From Octopus vulgaris (Eukaryota): a stretch of 64,000 nt of DNA. The position numbers were made by a program, and so were the translations under genes. The stretch lies in contig OX597824.1 of NCBI GenBank assembly GCA_951406725.2, positions 49,972,001 through 50,036,000 of the forward strand, in the 5' to 3' direction. Positions 37,981-52,825 of this stretch are shown here, piece after piece; position 1 is the stretch's first letter, and each line of letters starts with the position of its first letter. The notes beneath the pieces are model-generated. The model was not told the origin of the DNA. It worked only from the letters and a program-made list of their open reading frames with translations, and did no database searches.

Positions 37981-39529
37981 TACTGTGTCGTTCTGTCTCC
38001 TATTTCTTTCTCTCCCTCTCTCTTCTGCCGTAAGTCCACTGGAAAGGGATATAACTATTTCCTTGGCTTAGTATTTGGCCCACGATCGAAAGGTTGTGAG
38101 TTCGATTCCTGGTGGCGCCTTGTGTTCGAGAGCAAGACACTTTATTTCACGTTTTTCCAGTCCACTCAGCTGGCAAAAATGAGTAGTACCTGTAACACAA
38201 AGGACCAGCCTTGTCACATTCTGTATTATGCTGGATTTTCCTGAGAACTACGTTAAGGGTTCGCGTGTCTGTGGAGTGCTCAAACACTTGTACGTTAATT
38301 TAATAAGTCGGCTGGACAGCGAAATAAACTGAACATTTATTACTCTGGGTCGTGAATTAACAGATTTGTTAGAGATATGACAAAAAAATCACTTGTATTA
38401 TTTGCACCGGCTCCCTGCACTCTTATTCCAATCCCACCGAAGTCACATTTGTCTTACCTCCTTCCGGGGTCAATAAATAAAGTATCACCGCTCCCCCAGG
38501 GTAGGGTATTAGAAGAATTGCTAGAACGGGACGAGGTGCCTTGTGATGTTTGTCCTAACTCTTTATGTTCTGAATTTTTTGGTTGGTAGATATAATCCGT
38601 CACCCTGTTTGACATCGAACCTAGCCCTTGGGTTTTTCAGCGGAATTGACTTTGTTGCAAAAATTTGAACTAGGTATCCGGTTTAAGGATATTTTCCCAC
38701 TTCCTTCTATCAGTATCGGAGACACTAAAAAAGGTGGGGGGAGAAGGGGGAAAAGGGAGATAAACGTTACCCGTTTGTCCACGACGAAACTGTAAAAAAA
38801 AAAAAAAAAAAACAGCAGTGAAATGTTGGATGCTTTTCGCTGTTGTATGTAATATAATAACGTTCAATATTTAAATCCTTGGCTTTTGACGTCAAAAAGG
38901 AATAAATGAATGAACATGATAAATTTCACCGATATATTTCATCTCACTACATTCCGAGTTCAACTTTCTCCAGGATCGACTTCGCCTTTCATCCTCCAGG
39001 GTATAATAAAGCAGTTCTATACACGTACAAGATCTGCTTAAATTTACGACTGTATGGTCTTGTGCGAATCCGAGAAGTTGATATGTATTGGCAGAATCAG
39101 TGAACCATTTATTTGTCATAAAATGAATAAAGACAAATATTTTACACAATACTATTTCTCCTTCATCTCCCCTCACGCAAAGCCAATGATCAATTCTGGT
39201 TTCTGTGAAATTAAATGGATGGGAGACAGACACCTCTCCTCTACGAAAATCTACAGAAGAAATAGTCTAAAACAGACAAAAGTTCACACATTTTGGGAGA
39301 GGATTTGGGTTGATAAAATCAATGCCAGTACTTGATTAATACCTATCTTACTGATAAGGCGGCGATCCGCCTTTACGTTCAAATTCCGTCGAGGGCGACT
39401 TTGATTTCAATCCTTTCAGGGTCGACAAATTGAGCGCTGGGGGGGGGGGGTCAATGTAATCGTCTTTCTCCTTTCTCCGAAGTCGCTGATCTTAAACAAA
39501 TTTTTGAAACTAATACTCATTTCACTGAT

Positions 39530-39761
39530 ACTCATTACTCTTTTACTCTTTTACTTGTTTCAGTCATTTGACTGCGGCCATGCCTTTAGTCGAGCAAATC
39601 GATCCCAGGACTTATTCTTTGTAAGCCTAGTAATTATTCAATCGGTCTCTTTTGCCGAACTGCTAAGTTACGGGGTCGTAAACACACCAGCATCGGTTGG
39701 GGGTCAAACACAGACACACAAACATATACACACACTTACAAATATATACATACATAATATT

Positions 39762-39796
<35 letters not shown>

Positions 39797-39985
39797 ACAC
39801 ACACACACATATATATATACGACAGGCTTCTTTCAGTTTCTGTCTGCCACATCTACTCACAACGCTTTGGTAGGCTCGAGGCTATAGTAGAAGACACTTG
39901 CCCAAGGGTCCACGCAGTGGGACTGAACCCAGAACCATGTGGTTGGTAAGCAAGCTACTTACCACACAGCCACTCCTGCGCCTAT
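39530..39985 (-). mobile_element. SINE family A
   Basis: Reverse-complement homologue of 9081-9487. Confidence 0.88.
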
Positions 39986-40504
39986 GTATTCAAAATAAAT
40001 AAGCTTTTGTCTCAAAATACAAAAGTTAACTATGCTTTTCATTCTCTCCGTGACCAGCGGTGAAAAGAGAAGAAAGGCCAATTCATGGATTATTCTCAAA
40101 CCAGAGACCAAGTTCAAATGTTTACAACAGGGTACGTTCTACTACTCAAAGGATATGTAGTGGTGTCGAGTGGGGTGATAGATTAAGTCTAACACCCGAG
40201 AACAGGTACAATTCATCCTGCTGCACTTCTGTACAGTTCCGCCAACCCAATTTGGTTTACAATATCTAACTAGGAGTAAAAGCGGGGTCGATAAAATAAG
40301 TACCAAATGAAAACTGGGGCCATGTAATCGATTTACTCCCTCCTCCGAAATTGCCGACCTTGTGGCAAAGTTTAAAAACTAATATTTAACTCGGTGTTAT
40401 GATAGAAGTCATTTGTTCAAGGTGCGGTGCATTAGGTTTAAACTAGCGACCACGCAATTGCAGGGCAAAGTTCTTAAAGTCACAGTCATATCTGTATCCA
40501 ATGA

Positions 40505-42010
40505 TTTGGTTCGATTACATCGACTCCAGTGATAGACTGGTATTCATTTTATCGACTTCGAAAGGATGAAAGGCAAACACACCGCGGCGGAATTTGAATT
40601 CAGAACATAAAGACGGACCGAATGTCGCTAAGCATTTTGCCCGGCGTGCTAACGATTCTGTCAAGTCACTGCCTTATTTCCCGGAAATATTCTTTTCTAA
40701 TCTAGGTACAAGGTCCGAAATTTTGGGGGAGGATCCAGTCGATTAGATTGATCCCAGTACGCAACTGGTACTTAATTTATTGACTCCGAAAGGATGAAAG
40801 GCAAAGTCGACCTCGGTGGAATTTGAACTCTGAACTTAAAAAGACTCCGCCGGTTACGACGACGAGGGTCCCAGCTGATACGATCAACGGAACAGCTTGC
40901 TCGTGAAATTAACGTGCAAATGGCTGAGCATTCCACAGACACGTGTACCCTTAACGTAGTTCTCGGGGATAATCAGCGTGACATAGAGAGTGACAAGGCT
41001 GACCCTTTGAAATACAAGTACAACTCATTTTTGCCAGCTGAGTGGACTGGAGCAACGTGAAATAAAGTGTCTTGCTCAAGGACACAACGCGTCGCCGGGA
41101 ATCGAACTCACAACCTTACGATCATGAGCCGAATGCCCTAACCACTAAGCCACGCGCCCTCACTGAACTCTGAACTAAAGACAGACGAAATACCGGAGTA
41201 AAGATTTTTGCCAACATAACATGGCAGTCGTGGTTTAGGACGAATGTTGGTGTAATTAAGCCCCAGGAGATATCATCTCTAGCTGGCTATACGACAGGAT
41301 CTGTGTCCTTATATTTTCGAAGAAGGGAATATATATATATATAAGGACACAGATCGTGTCGTATAGCCAGCTGGAGACGATGTCTCCTGGGGCTAAATTA
41401 CATCAACATTCGTCCTAAACCAGGACTGCCATGTTATGTTGGCAAAAATCTTTACTCCAAAGTACTGTTGCTGAATATCTTTCGTTGTGAGATTTAAAAA
41501 TAGTAATTTTCTAAGACGAAATACCTATTTCTTTACTACCCACAAGGGGCTAAACACAGAGAGGATGAACAAGGACAGACACAAGAATTAAGTCGATTAC
41601 ATCGACCCCAGTGCGTAACTGGTACTTATTTAATCGACCCTAAGGCGGCAAGCTGGCAGAAACGTTAGCACGCCGGGCGAAATGCTTAGCGGTATTTCGT
41701 CTGCCGTTACGTTGAGTTCAAATTCCGCCGAGGTCGACTTTGCCTTTCATCCTTTCGGGGTCGATAAATTAAGTACCAGTTACGCACTGGGGTCGATGTA
41801 ATCGACTTAATACCTATGTCTTTCCTTGTTTGTCCCCTCTGTGTTTAGCCCCTTGTGGGTAATAAAGAAATACGTACTTATTTAATCGACCCCGAAAGGA
41901 TGAAAGGCAAAGTCGACCTCGGCGGAATTTGAACTCAGAACGTAGCGGCAGACGAAATATGGCTACGCATTTCACCCGGCATGCTAACGATTCTGCCAGC
42001 TCGCCGCCTT
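40505..42010. mobile_element. Nested cluster of SINE B and C copies plus fold-back insert
   Basis: SINE C (40846-41163, -) with TSD tgaactctgaact; SINE B (41641-41873, +) inside SINE B (-) with 19-bp TSD gtacttatttaatcgaccc. Confidence 0.87.
41195..41513. mobile_element. Fold-back insert with ~120-bp arms and 12-bp flanking direct repeat
   Basis: 41195-41314 is the reverse complement of ~41339-41458; agacgaaatacc at 41183-41194 and 41514-41525. Confidence 0.85.
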
Positions 42011-42512
42011 TTTTCCCGAAAATATTAGTTATGCAAAAGCATAAAGTAGGAACTGGGGATTGATCTTGTTTTAACTCGGGCCATTCACTAAGCATATCTT
42101 TTATTTCTTACTCTACGGTCTCCAAATACATGTCTCCTAATATATATAAATATACGTGCGTAGGTGTTCCTGTATGTGTGTGTGTATGTGTGTGTGTGTG
42201 TATAATATATATATGGATATATGCGTGTGTAGTAATCACTATCTCCTGGTTCTTGTTTTTATTTTTTATTTTGTTTTTTTTTATAGTTCCGTTGTACGTC
42301 TATCCTTTGATTATATGTTTTGTTAATAAATAAATGAATAGACAATGAACAAAAAAAAAAGAAAAGAAAAAAGAGAGACTTTATTGTAATCATCGCTAGA
42401 AGATTAAAGTTTATTACTCAATTACAAGAACCGCTCCACAAAACAAACAAAAATACCACACACCAGTAACTGATCTTATCTCTATATTTTGTCATGTAGC
42501 ATCAAGTTGAGA

Positions 42513-42745
<233 letters not shown>

Positions 42746-43269
42746 ACTTGTATGTATGTATATGTATGTACATACATTTGTACACACACATAATATACGC
42801 ATGTATATGATGTAAGTAGCAATGTGTTTTGTGCTATTAGTTGTTTACCGAAACGGCATTGATGTCGTTAATGGGAAAATGCATATTTGCTAATGGAAAC
42901 TGCATAACTCTTCACTTTGAACCTTACTAATGTACCACCGGTGTCGCTGCCGATGGACGTGTCGATAAAGGCATTGACCGTTAGCTTATAAGTCTGCAGT
43001 TCTTATCCTGAAGTAGTTACAGTGTTTTGCCCCGTGGTCAAGATAATATACTACTGAAATGACAGTGCGATTCTTGCTCTAAGAAAGGTAGTACTAGAGA
43101 AATAACATCTTGCTGTACATAGTAAATAGTAACAACTCTTAAATTGACGTCGTTAGATTTCAGTACTGAGTTCCAAGGGAAGGTGTTTTATAATTCTGCT
43201 TCCGCTTTGACTTGTGCTGCTGCTGCTGTTTACTGAATATTTTCGCAGTTACTCAATAATTTTCATAAC

Positions 43270-43470
43270 TATTGTGTGTCTGTGTTTGTCCCCCCAACAT
43301 CGTTTGACAACTGATGCTGGTGTTTACGTCATCGTAACATAGCGGTTCGGCTAAAAGAGATCGATAGAATAAGTACTAGGCTTACAAAGAATAAGTCCTG
43401 GTGTCGATTTGCTCAACTAAAGGCGGTGCTCCAGCATGGCCGCAGTCAAATGACTGAAACAAAGAGTAAA
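43270..43470 (+). mobile_element. SINE family A, 3' half
   Basis: Matches 9270-9480. Confidence 0.85.
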
Positions 43471-44085
43471 CGAATAATTTTCTAAATGGGCAGTAAAATG
43501 AACCAGTATCCCGGTTTAACAATTCACCAGCATCTCAAGTAAATTTAGTGGAGTCCACTCTGTTACAAACAGCCGGTTTAGTTTTTCGGTTGTGATAACT
43601 TCCCCATTCATTTTTCTGTATAGGGTACATGGGACTGATCTTCCCCCTATAATTAAACTACAAAACATTTTTTGTTATCGTCTTAACTTCTTTCTTCATA
43701 TTTTAATTATCTAAAAATCGTTTCATGCTTTCTCTAATAATTACTCCACCCTGTGTATAATACATGCGCGCGCTCATACACACACACACATTATTCCGTT
43801 CCAGATATTTTTGCAGCCCTTTGGCTGTATAAGTTATCGACTGTGCCCGTCATAAATATAACCTCCCTGTGTTCTACTTTGGAGTTTTCTAAATACAGTT
43901 ACTTCCTTTATTGTTCCCGCCCCATTAGTCTTGCAAATCTATTTAACTTCTAGTTGAGACTATTATGTTATAACATATTACTGGTACACTTGGGCACAAA
44001 ACTGTAACGTTTGCCTTTCATCCTTTCAGGTTCGATAAATTAAGTACCTGCTGCGTACTGAAGTCGATCTAATCGACTGGTCCCA

Positions 44086-44412
44086 GGCGCATGGTTAGAG
44101 TGTCGAGTTTATAATCGTGAAGATACGAGTTCGATTCCCGAACCGGGCTGTGTGTTGTGTTCTTGAGCAAGACACTTTATTTCACGTTGCTCCAGTTCAC
44201 TCAGGTGTAGAAATCAGTTGCAAAGTTACTGATGCCATGCTGTATCAGCCTTTGCCTTTCCTTTGAATAAATGACATCGGTGGTGTAGAGAGGGGAGACT
44301 GGTATGCATGGGCGACTGTTGGTCTTCCATAAACAACCTTGCCTAGACTTGTGTTTCAGAGACAGACTTTTAGGTGCGATCCTATGGTCATTCATGACCG
44401 AGGGGTGTAATT
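44086..44412 (+). mobile_element. SINE family C-related copy with a different tail
   Basis: gagttcgattccc head and gtgttcttgagcaagacactttatttcacgttgctccag core. Confidence 0.75.
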
Positions 44413-44774
44413 TAAAAAAAAAAATTTTTTATGTGGGATGGGAAAGAAGATGCTGTGACATTTCTACCCTTCCCTTGTACATTATCTGCTATTGTTACAT
44501 GTACAGATTGACAATGGAGAGGTTAATTCACAGACACATAACATACAAAACTATGTGTTATATGTGTATGTATGTAGGTATGTATGTATGTATGTATGTA
44601 TGTATGTATGTATGTATGTATGTATGTATGTATGTATGTATATGTGTGTGTGTGTATGTGTGTACATATATGCACATTTGAGAGTGCATGCGTACGCGCA
44701 TGTGTATGCTAGCGTGTCTGTATGTTTGTGTCAGAATGCATATTATATAGGTGTTTGTGTACATGTGCGCGAAT

Positions 44775-45090
44775 ATATTCTTTTATTCTTTTACTTATTT
44801 CAGTCGATTGACTGCAGCCATGTTGGAGCACCACCTTAAAGGCGCTAATTACGCTAATTACGAGGACATAAACACACCAGCATCGGTTGTCAAGCGATGA
44901 CGAGGGGGGACAAACACGCACATACACACACACACGCACACACACTCATACACACACATATATACGACGGGCTCACAACGCTTTGGTCGGCCCGAGACTA
45001 CAGTTGAAGGCACCCAAGCTGTCACGCAGTGAGACTGAACCCATAACCATGTGGGGTTGAGAAGGAAGATTCTTACCACACAGCCACGCT
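44775..45090 (-). mobile_element. SINE family A, diverged with deletions
   Basis: Homologous blocks to 24151-24621. Confidence 0.78.
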
Positions 45091-45686
45091 TTTATATACA
45101 TACACATACACATACACTTATAGGCCCACATACACATTTATACGATGGTTAGATATACGGAGAAAATACAGATATGAGTAGAACTGACGGAAACTTAAGC
45201 ACACAGACAGCTAGAGAGATACAGGGATAGACAGTTTTAACACTCGGACTTATGCTATCACATACATACTACATTCACACAGACATACATATATTTACTG
45301 ATAGACAGACAGCAAGAGGGGGAGAAATAGGCAGATAGAGTGTGCACATGTTCGGTTTTATGGGGGGTGGGGATGAAGAATGGAAGATCACATTTAGTGG
45401 AAATAAGATGAATGACTGTTGTACCTACTTAACAGTGGCTATGTTTCCTCGGACACCATACTTGTTAAGGTCAGGTTAATACTTGACCTTCACTAAAAGT
45501 AGACTAAGTGTTTCAACTGTGCTCTGACGGATGATGTGAAAGAGCACTAATAAATATATTTTAGGCTACTGTCCCTCTTTATCTGATGTAAATGGAGAAG
45601 GGGGCGCAAACAAATGATGGAAATATTCCATGGAAAATCCATCCATCCATCCATCCATCCATCCATCCATCAATCCATCCATCCAA

Positions 45687-45783
<97 letters not shown>

Positions 45784-46530
45784 AGTGCCTATCTCACTGT
45801 CATTGTCTATGTATTTGCCTATCTCACTGTCTTTCTGTCTGTCTGTATGTATGTCTATCCCTCTCCCCACTCATTGTATATGGAGGTGCGTGGCTTGGTG
45901 ATTAGGATGTTGAATTCATGATCGTAAGATTTTGGTTTCGATGTCTGGACCGGGAGACATGCTGTGTTCTTGCACGAAACGTTTCATTATACATTGCTCC
46001 AGTTTATTCAGCTGGCAAAAAATGAGTAATCCTGCGGTGGACCGGCGTCCCATCCAGGTGGGGAATAGGGGAATATATACTCCATGGAAAGCGGGAAACC
46101 GGCCCGATAACTATACTGGGCTGGCCAACAGTCAACTGACAGTAAATCAAAACCCATTTAATTTCAAGACGTATTTGTGTTTAACAACTGAATGAGAGTG
46201 TGCTAATAATCAGACAAATATTGAGAAAAACAAAAATGAAAAAAACAAAACAAAACTAAACAAAAAAAAAACAAACAAAAAAGTCGATGATTTTAACTCG
46301 CACCATTTAATTATTAAACATTCATAATTGGAATGAATAAATAAAATTGAATATTAAGTACCTATGGACTTTTGATTTACTGTCGGGTGACTTTTGGCAT
46401 CGGGAATAAACTACTTACCTATCTAGCCTGCTAGCTAGCTGTTAGTTTAAACCTCTATCGGCCTGCTTGTTTATAAATCTATAAAGATGTTATTTGAAAA
46501 TCCATATCTGAATTTACATTGTTACGTATG

Positions 46531-46564
<34 letters not shown>

Positions 46565-47184
46565 TGTATGTATGTATGTATGCATGTACGTACGTATGTA
46601 TGTACGTATGCAAGGGTGTATTATGTATATATGTATGTGTATATGCATTTACTTTTTTGTTTGATTAGAATTTTTCCTAGGAGGAAGAAGCTGGTTTCAA
46701 GCAAAGAAAAAGAAGTTCCATCACAGGAATTTGGATAACACCAGCGATAATTGATACATATTGCTTATTTCTATCGTTCCAATTACAGATAATATCTGAT
46801 AAGATGGCGTTAGCCGGTTTCTTTTCTTGTTTCAAAATCCTAAGTTTCCTAGATTATCATTTATTAACACAAGCAAATGCACCAGCCATTATTCGCACGA
46901 ATGGGAGTTTATAATTGTCCTTGTCTTTGAAAAAGATGTTCATATCTGCAGAGCTGCTAACATCTATGGCTGTCCATGTATGTATGTATGTGTGTATGTA
47001 TGTATGTATGTATGTATGTATGTATGTATGTATGTATGTATGTATGTATGTATGTATGGCTTCTATACCCCTCGCTCCAAAATTTGTTTGACCTTTCTAT
47101 CTGCTCTTTATGTTTTTCTTTTAAATAATGTGAAACAGGCCAGTAAAAAAGCAGTTAAGATAGAAAATACTCCTTTCCATGCAC

Positions 47185-47270
<86 letters not shown>

Positions 47271-47426
47271 GTCTGTCTGTCTGTCAGTCTGTCCGTCCGT
47301 CCATCTGTCTGTCTGTCTTTCTGTCTGCCTGTCAGTCTGTCCGTCCGTCCATCTGTCTGTCTGTCTTTCTGTCTGTCTGTCTGTCTGTCAGTCTGTCTGC
47401 CCGTCCGTCCGTCCGTCCGTCCGTCC

Positions 47427-47549
<123 letters not shown>

Positions 47550-48900
47550 GTTTTCCCTTTCCTATCTGTCGTGTACTTACGCAGTCATACATATGTTTGT
47601 TTGCATAATCTAATTTCTGTTTGCGTAGTTATGTCTGCGTAAGTGTAAGCTGTAGTTAAGTGAGTGTCTGTGTGAACACTATGGATATGGCACAACACAT
47701 TCAGGAAACAAAGGGAAAGTGGCTTAGCATAAATTCGATGACCGAGGGTTAATATTTAAAGAGATCCGTCTGTAGGCTCTTTATTTCTATTAGATCCATA
47801 ACGGGGACAATGCCAAACAACAGATGAGTCAATGAAGAAAAATATGGTTTCTGTTTGTTTATTTTGTATTTTTTCTTTCCTCTTATCCCTAGTCTTTTAT
47901 TCAGCGCTGATCTTTGCTTGACCCCATACGTTTCATAGCCACATGCTAATGGGGATTTTAGCGAATATTTAAATTCCCGTTTCAATTGACTCCTTCGTCA
48001 AATAGTCACAAACGATTATATTTACATTTGGCTAAGAGCCTGCTAATCATCTGTTCAGAGGAAAAAATAAAACGCCATTTTGTTGTAGTGCCTACTTTCA
48101 CTTTCGGTTTTCTTACTCTCTTTTATTTTATTTTGCTTTATACATGATTATTATAATATTAAAAAGATATCTCCTGCTTTATTACCACTCGCGCCTCTTT
48201 TTCATTCAATCTTCTCCGCAACTCATCTGTTTCTCTGTTTACGCTATCAGCATCCTCAACTTTTTCATTCATCTTTATTCTCTTCATCTTTCTTCTAACG
48301 TCTTTGTCATTACATTTCATCCACTGAGATTTGCTTATCATATTTTGTTGTTGTTCTTGCCGTTGCTGTTGTCATTTTAAAGTTACAAAAAAAAAAAAAA
48401 AAAACCCTGGTGCGTTGCTCTTCCGTCCAACCATTCGCAAGCAAATCTGGCTTGATGAACCAACGAAGGAATCCCATACGCGTTCGTGTGACTAAGTATT
48501 GCTAACTCAGAAAACTTCATTCCTGCACCTGAAATTCTCTTAAAAACAAATGTATTTTAATATTTCAACGTTCCAAAAATAGTAAAAGTTTAATTAATTT
48601 TATAACTAGTATTGTTTACAATGCTGTATATATAATATCCAGGCAGATACCGAATTTCTCTATGTAAAATGCCAAGACTGGTTCTTTCAGACGCAGCATT
48701 TTATGGTAAACTTCCTTTAACTCCCTTCTGAAGTTTTAGTTTATTTCTTGGTTACTTGTACCGTACTGATAATAAGGAGAATGAAAAATTTGAACATTCA
48801 AACTATATGTTTATTTCCAGTAGGACCAAAGAATTTGAATCAAACCGTTTTGATCTCAATAAATTTGTTGCGTGTTCTTCTTTCGTTTGTCCACTCACTC

Positions 48901-48940
<40 letters not shown>

Positions 48941-49343
48941 CCACCCAGAGAACATCCACCATGGGTCATCACAATTGCTTAAGGTAAAAATGAATTCCTC
49001 GCTCTTTCGGAAACATCAATCTTCTGTATTGACTGCTTTCCACCACTTTGATCTGTTTTTTGTATTGAATACGTATCGCCACCGTGGGCCACTGCATCGA
49101 ACACTTTGAACATATAGCATGAATGATCTTACTTCAAACTATATATCAACTATACATGAACTCTAAGATGTCTGACTCCGTTGTGTATTATAAATGAATT
49201 TCTTGTGTTTGACGGCATGAGCTGTCTTTTTTTATATATAACTTTTTTTGATAAGGTTCATTTCAGGAACTGAAACATGTTATAATGTATATATAAAAAT
49301 TAAAAATTGTATAATACAGCAGCATTTTCGAACTTCATTTTTT

Positions 49344-49417
<74 letters not shown>

Positions 49418-49670
49418 AAATAATAAGGGTAAATAATTTTTTCGATGGTTTTTCAGACAACCAACAATTATTTACCCGTAGATTTCGGTATGTAAATATG
49501 ACCTTTAGCGGCGGGAACTTCTGTGGAGTTCAGTATATATAGTATATAAGTAAAAGGGCAGGCAACAGGTTGCTTTGCCGCACACCGAAAAAATTAGAAA
49601 TAGCAGTCAGAGACTGTTTATTTCCATTTTCTACAAGTGAGGGCTCCATATACGACATAACCCTATATAC

Positions 49671-49722
<52 letters not shown>

Positions 49723-49730
<8 letters not shown>

Positions 49731-50065
49731 TATATTCAAACACATAAGGAATCCACTTATAGGAATGCAACACGCTAGAAAGAACAGCTAGGTTCTATAG
49801 CCACAAAAATTAGGGATAAAATTCGACAGGAACGAATTGAAAAATGATCAGTTCGTTCCTGTCGAAATTTTATCCTAATTTTGTGGTTATAGAACCTAGC
49901 TGTTCTTTCTAGCGTGTTGAATTCCTATAAGTGGATTCCTTATGTGTTTAAATATACACTATATCGTATGACTAATGTATAGTATTTTTGACTAATTTTT
50001 TTGCACGTTAGACCACTGGAAATGTAAATTTTAATTAATTTCCATTTCACATTGATATGATTAAA
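49723..50065. mobile_element. Fold-back insert in (TA)n, ~117-bp arms
   Basis: 49723-49840 is the reverse complement of 49848-49964; the right arm continues ~100 bp to the next (TA)n. Confidence 0.87.
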
Positions 50066-50089
50066 TATATATATATACATGTATATATA

Positions 50090-50323
50090 TTCTTTTACTT
50101 GTTTCAGTCATTTGATTGCGGTCATGCGGAAGCACCACCTTTAGTCGACCAAATCGACCCCAGGACTAATTCTTTGTAAGCTTAGTACTTATTCTATATT
50201 CTCTTTTGCCGAACCGCTTGGTTACGGGGATATAAACACACCAGAATCGGTTGTCAAGCGATGTTGGGGTACAAACACAGACACACAAACACATACATAC
50301 ATACATACATACATAATACATAC

Positions 50324-50378
<55 letters not shown>

Positions 50379-50415
50379 ATAAATACTATCCCTTAGTGGG
50401 GATACTTAATTTGTG

Positions 50416-50447
<32 letters not shown>

Positions 50448-50610
50448 CAAGTTTCTTTCAGTTTCCGTCTACCAAATCCACTCACAAGGCTTTGATCGGC
50501 CCGAGGCTATAGTAGAAGATACTAGCCCAAGGTGCCATGCAGTCTGACTGAACCCGGAACCATGTGGTTGGTAAGCAAGCTACTTACTGCACAATCACTC
50601 CTGCGCCTAT
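50090..50610 (-). mobile_element. SINE family A with expanded internal (TA)n
   Basis: Homologue of 24151-24621. Confidence 0.86.
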
Positions 50611-50623
50611 ATATACGCACGCA

Positions 50624-50655
<32 letters not shown>

Positions 50656-50759
50656 TTTAGAAATAAATGCGTATATGTTATATGTCAATATATATATACA
50701 CATACAAACATTTCCATGCGTGTGTATATGCGTGTATACTTATGTATTTATATACACAC

Positions 50760-50820
<61 letters not shown>

Positions 50821-50825
<5 letters not shown>

Positions 50826-51447
50826 CAATTGAGGATAAAATCTTAAAAAGAAATTATCAGTAGTCAGCGTGAAAAACCTCGTAAGAGAAAAAATCCGTAA
50901 ATTCTTCCTCTTTGAAAATATTCATTTATATTATATTGACGGTACTACTATTCGTAGATACCAACACGCTAAGAGGGACCAATGCGGTCAAAACTACTGA
51001 AAATAAACAAAATTTTACCGAATGCAAAACTTCAAAACACATCATTTAAAAAAAGAATTCAGTTACATATCACATGTGATTTCGCATTTAATGCAGAATA
51101 TGCATTTCATGTTCATCAGTGCAACAAACTCAAGAAATATAAGAGAAAACATAACATTACAAGCTCGATAGCCAACCGTAGAATTCGTCGTAGCATGTAC
51201 GAATGTTTATCTTTACATATCTATGAAAATGGCGGGCTTATTCGCAATGCATTTCGGTCACAAATTGTCTAGTCGGAATAAAAATTCAGTATTGAACTAT
51301 TCCGGTGAAAAATATAAATTAACAATTGAGGATAAAATCTTAAAAAGAAATTATCAGTAGTCAGCGTGAAAAACCTCGTAAGAGAAAAAATCCGTAAATT
51401 CTTCCTCTTTGAAAACATTCATTTATATTATATTGAGGGTACTACTA
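50821..51447 (-). mobile_element. Non-coding 497-bp-period repeat (about 1.26 units) carrying a hammerhead; retrozyme- or tandem pLTR-like
   Basis: 50821-50950 repeats at 51318-51447; (TA)n on both sides; relative at 53705-53850. Confidence 0.8.
51062..51125 (-). ncRNA. Type I hammerhead ribozyme, intact core
   Basis: gttgca-CTGATGA-acat gaa atgca tattc tgcat taa atgc-GAAA-tcac at gtga-TA-tgtaac; A.C mismatch at base of stem II. Confidence 0.83.
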
Positions 51448-51589
51448 TATATGAATATATACATATATATATTTATATATATGTATATATATGAATATAT
51501 ATATATATATATATATAAATGCATATATAAATATTTATGTACGTATGTGCATATACACGCATACATAATAATTCATATAAATTGGCGTT

Positions 51590-51880
51590 CCATGAGTTAG
51601 GACGAAGAGCATTCCATTTCATCCGATCAACGACGGGACAGCCTACTCATGAAATTAACGTATAAATGGCTGAGAACTCCACGTACCTTTAACGTAGCTC
51701 GCTAGGTTTTCAGCTTGACATGAAATATGACAGGATTGGCCCTCTTTTGAAATACAAGTACAACTTATTTTTGCCGTCTAAGTGGACTGGAGCAACGTGA
51801 AATAAAGTGTTTTGCTGTAGACCACAACGCGTCGCTAGGAATCGAACTCACGACCCAACGGTCATGAGCCACGCGGCCTC
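51590..51880 (-). mobile_element. SINE family C, diverged
   Basis: Homologous to 40846-41163. Confidence 0.78.
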
Positions 51881-52012
51881 ACTTTAACACACCCACACAT
51901 GTATATATATATATACATACATACACACACGCATACATACATATATAATATATATAGATACATACACACGTACACACACATATATGTATCTCTCTCTCTC
52001 TCTCCCTCTCTC

Positions 52013-52063
<51 letters not shown>

Positions 52064-52129
52064 AATGGATGTCTTATAAAAATATTCTGCACATACAATA
52101 ACAGCCATACCAACAATCCAACATACCTC

Positions 52130-52320
52130 CATCGTCAGCTGCCCCACGAATATCGCTATTGCTTCGACCATTGGAATTTAGAAACAGTGTATTAAGGTGA
52201 ACAAGTCACTGTATGAGTGTGCCAAGTGAAAATCAGGTATACCTTAAGTAAGCACGAGGTAAATAATTTTTTTTTTTTATTAAGCATAACTATTCCGGGA
52301 ACTTTTGATACCACTTTGTA
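52130..52320 (+). mobile_element. Mariner 3' remnant with TIR
   Basis: Terminus ccgggaacttttgataccactttgta resembles the TIR of the mariner at 59717. Confidence 0.6.
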
Positions 52321-52762
52321 CGTTACTGGCGTTGTGCGTTTTCTCTTTAACATAGAAATGACGAAATTCTTTAAGATTGAGCATCTTATGACAGTTTCTG
52401 TATGGAGATTTGCGTTTTACATCATGACTGGAATCATTATTTATACATGTCAGTTGTCCAGAAAGTTTGCACAGTATCCAATAGGTGATAAAATGCTATG
52501 GAATTACAAATCAAGAAAAGAATTTGGTAGACGGAAACTATGTGGAAACCCGTCGGATATACATAGTTCATCTTTTAAAGTCATTAGATTGTGGTCATGC
52601 TGGAACATCGCCTTGAGGGAATTTTAGTCAGACACTAGCATTTATTTTTAAGCCTAGTACTTATTCCATCAGTCTTTTTGTCGAATCACTAAGTCATAGC
52701 GTCGTAAACATACCAACCCCGAATATCAAGCGATGGTGGGGGACAACATTCCCATATACACA

Positions 52763-52825
<63 letters not shown>

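Noticed and set aside
41360-41420. CTGGAGA...GTC in the fold-back arm
   Set aside because: No GAAA, and the core is not retained in the other arm.
45520-45548. Hairpin gtgctct...agagcac enclosing CTGACG and GAAA
   Set aside because: No stem II or III and no cleavage triplet.
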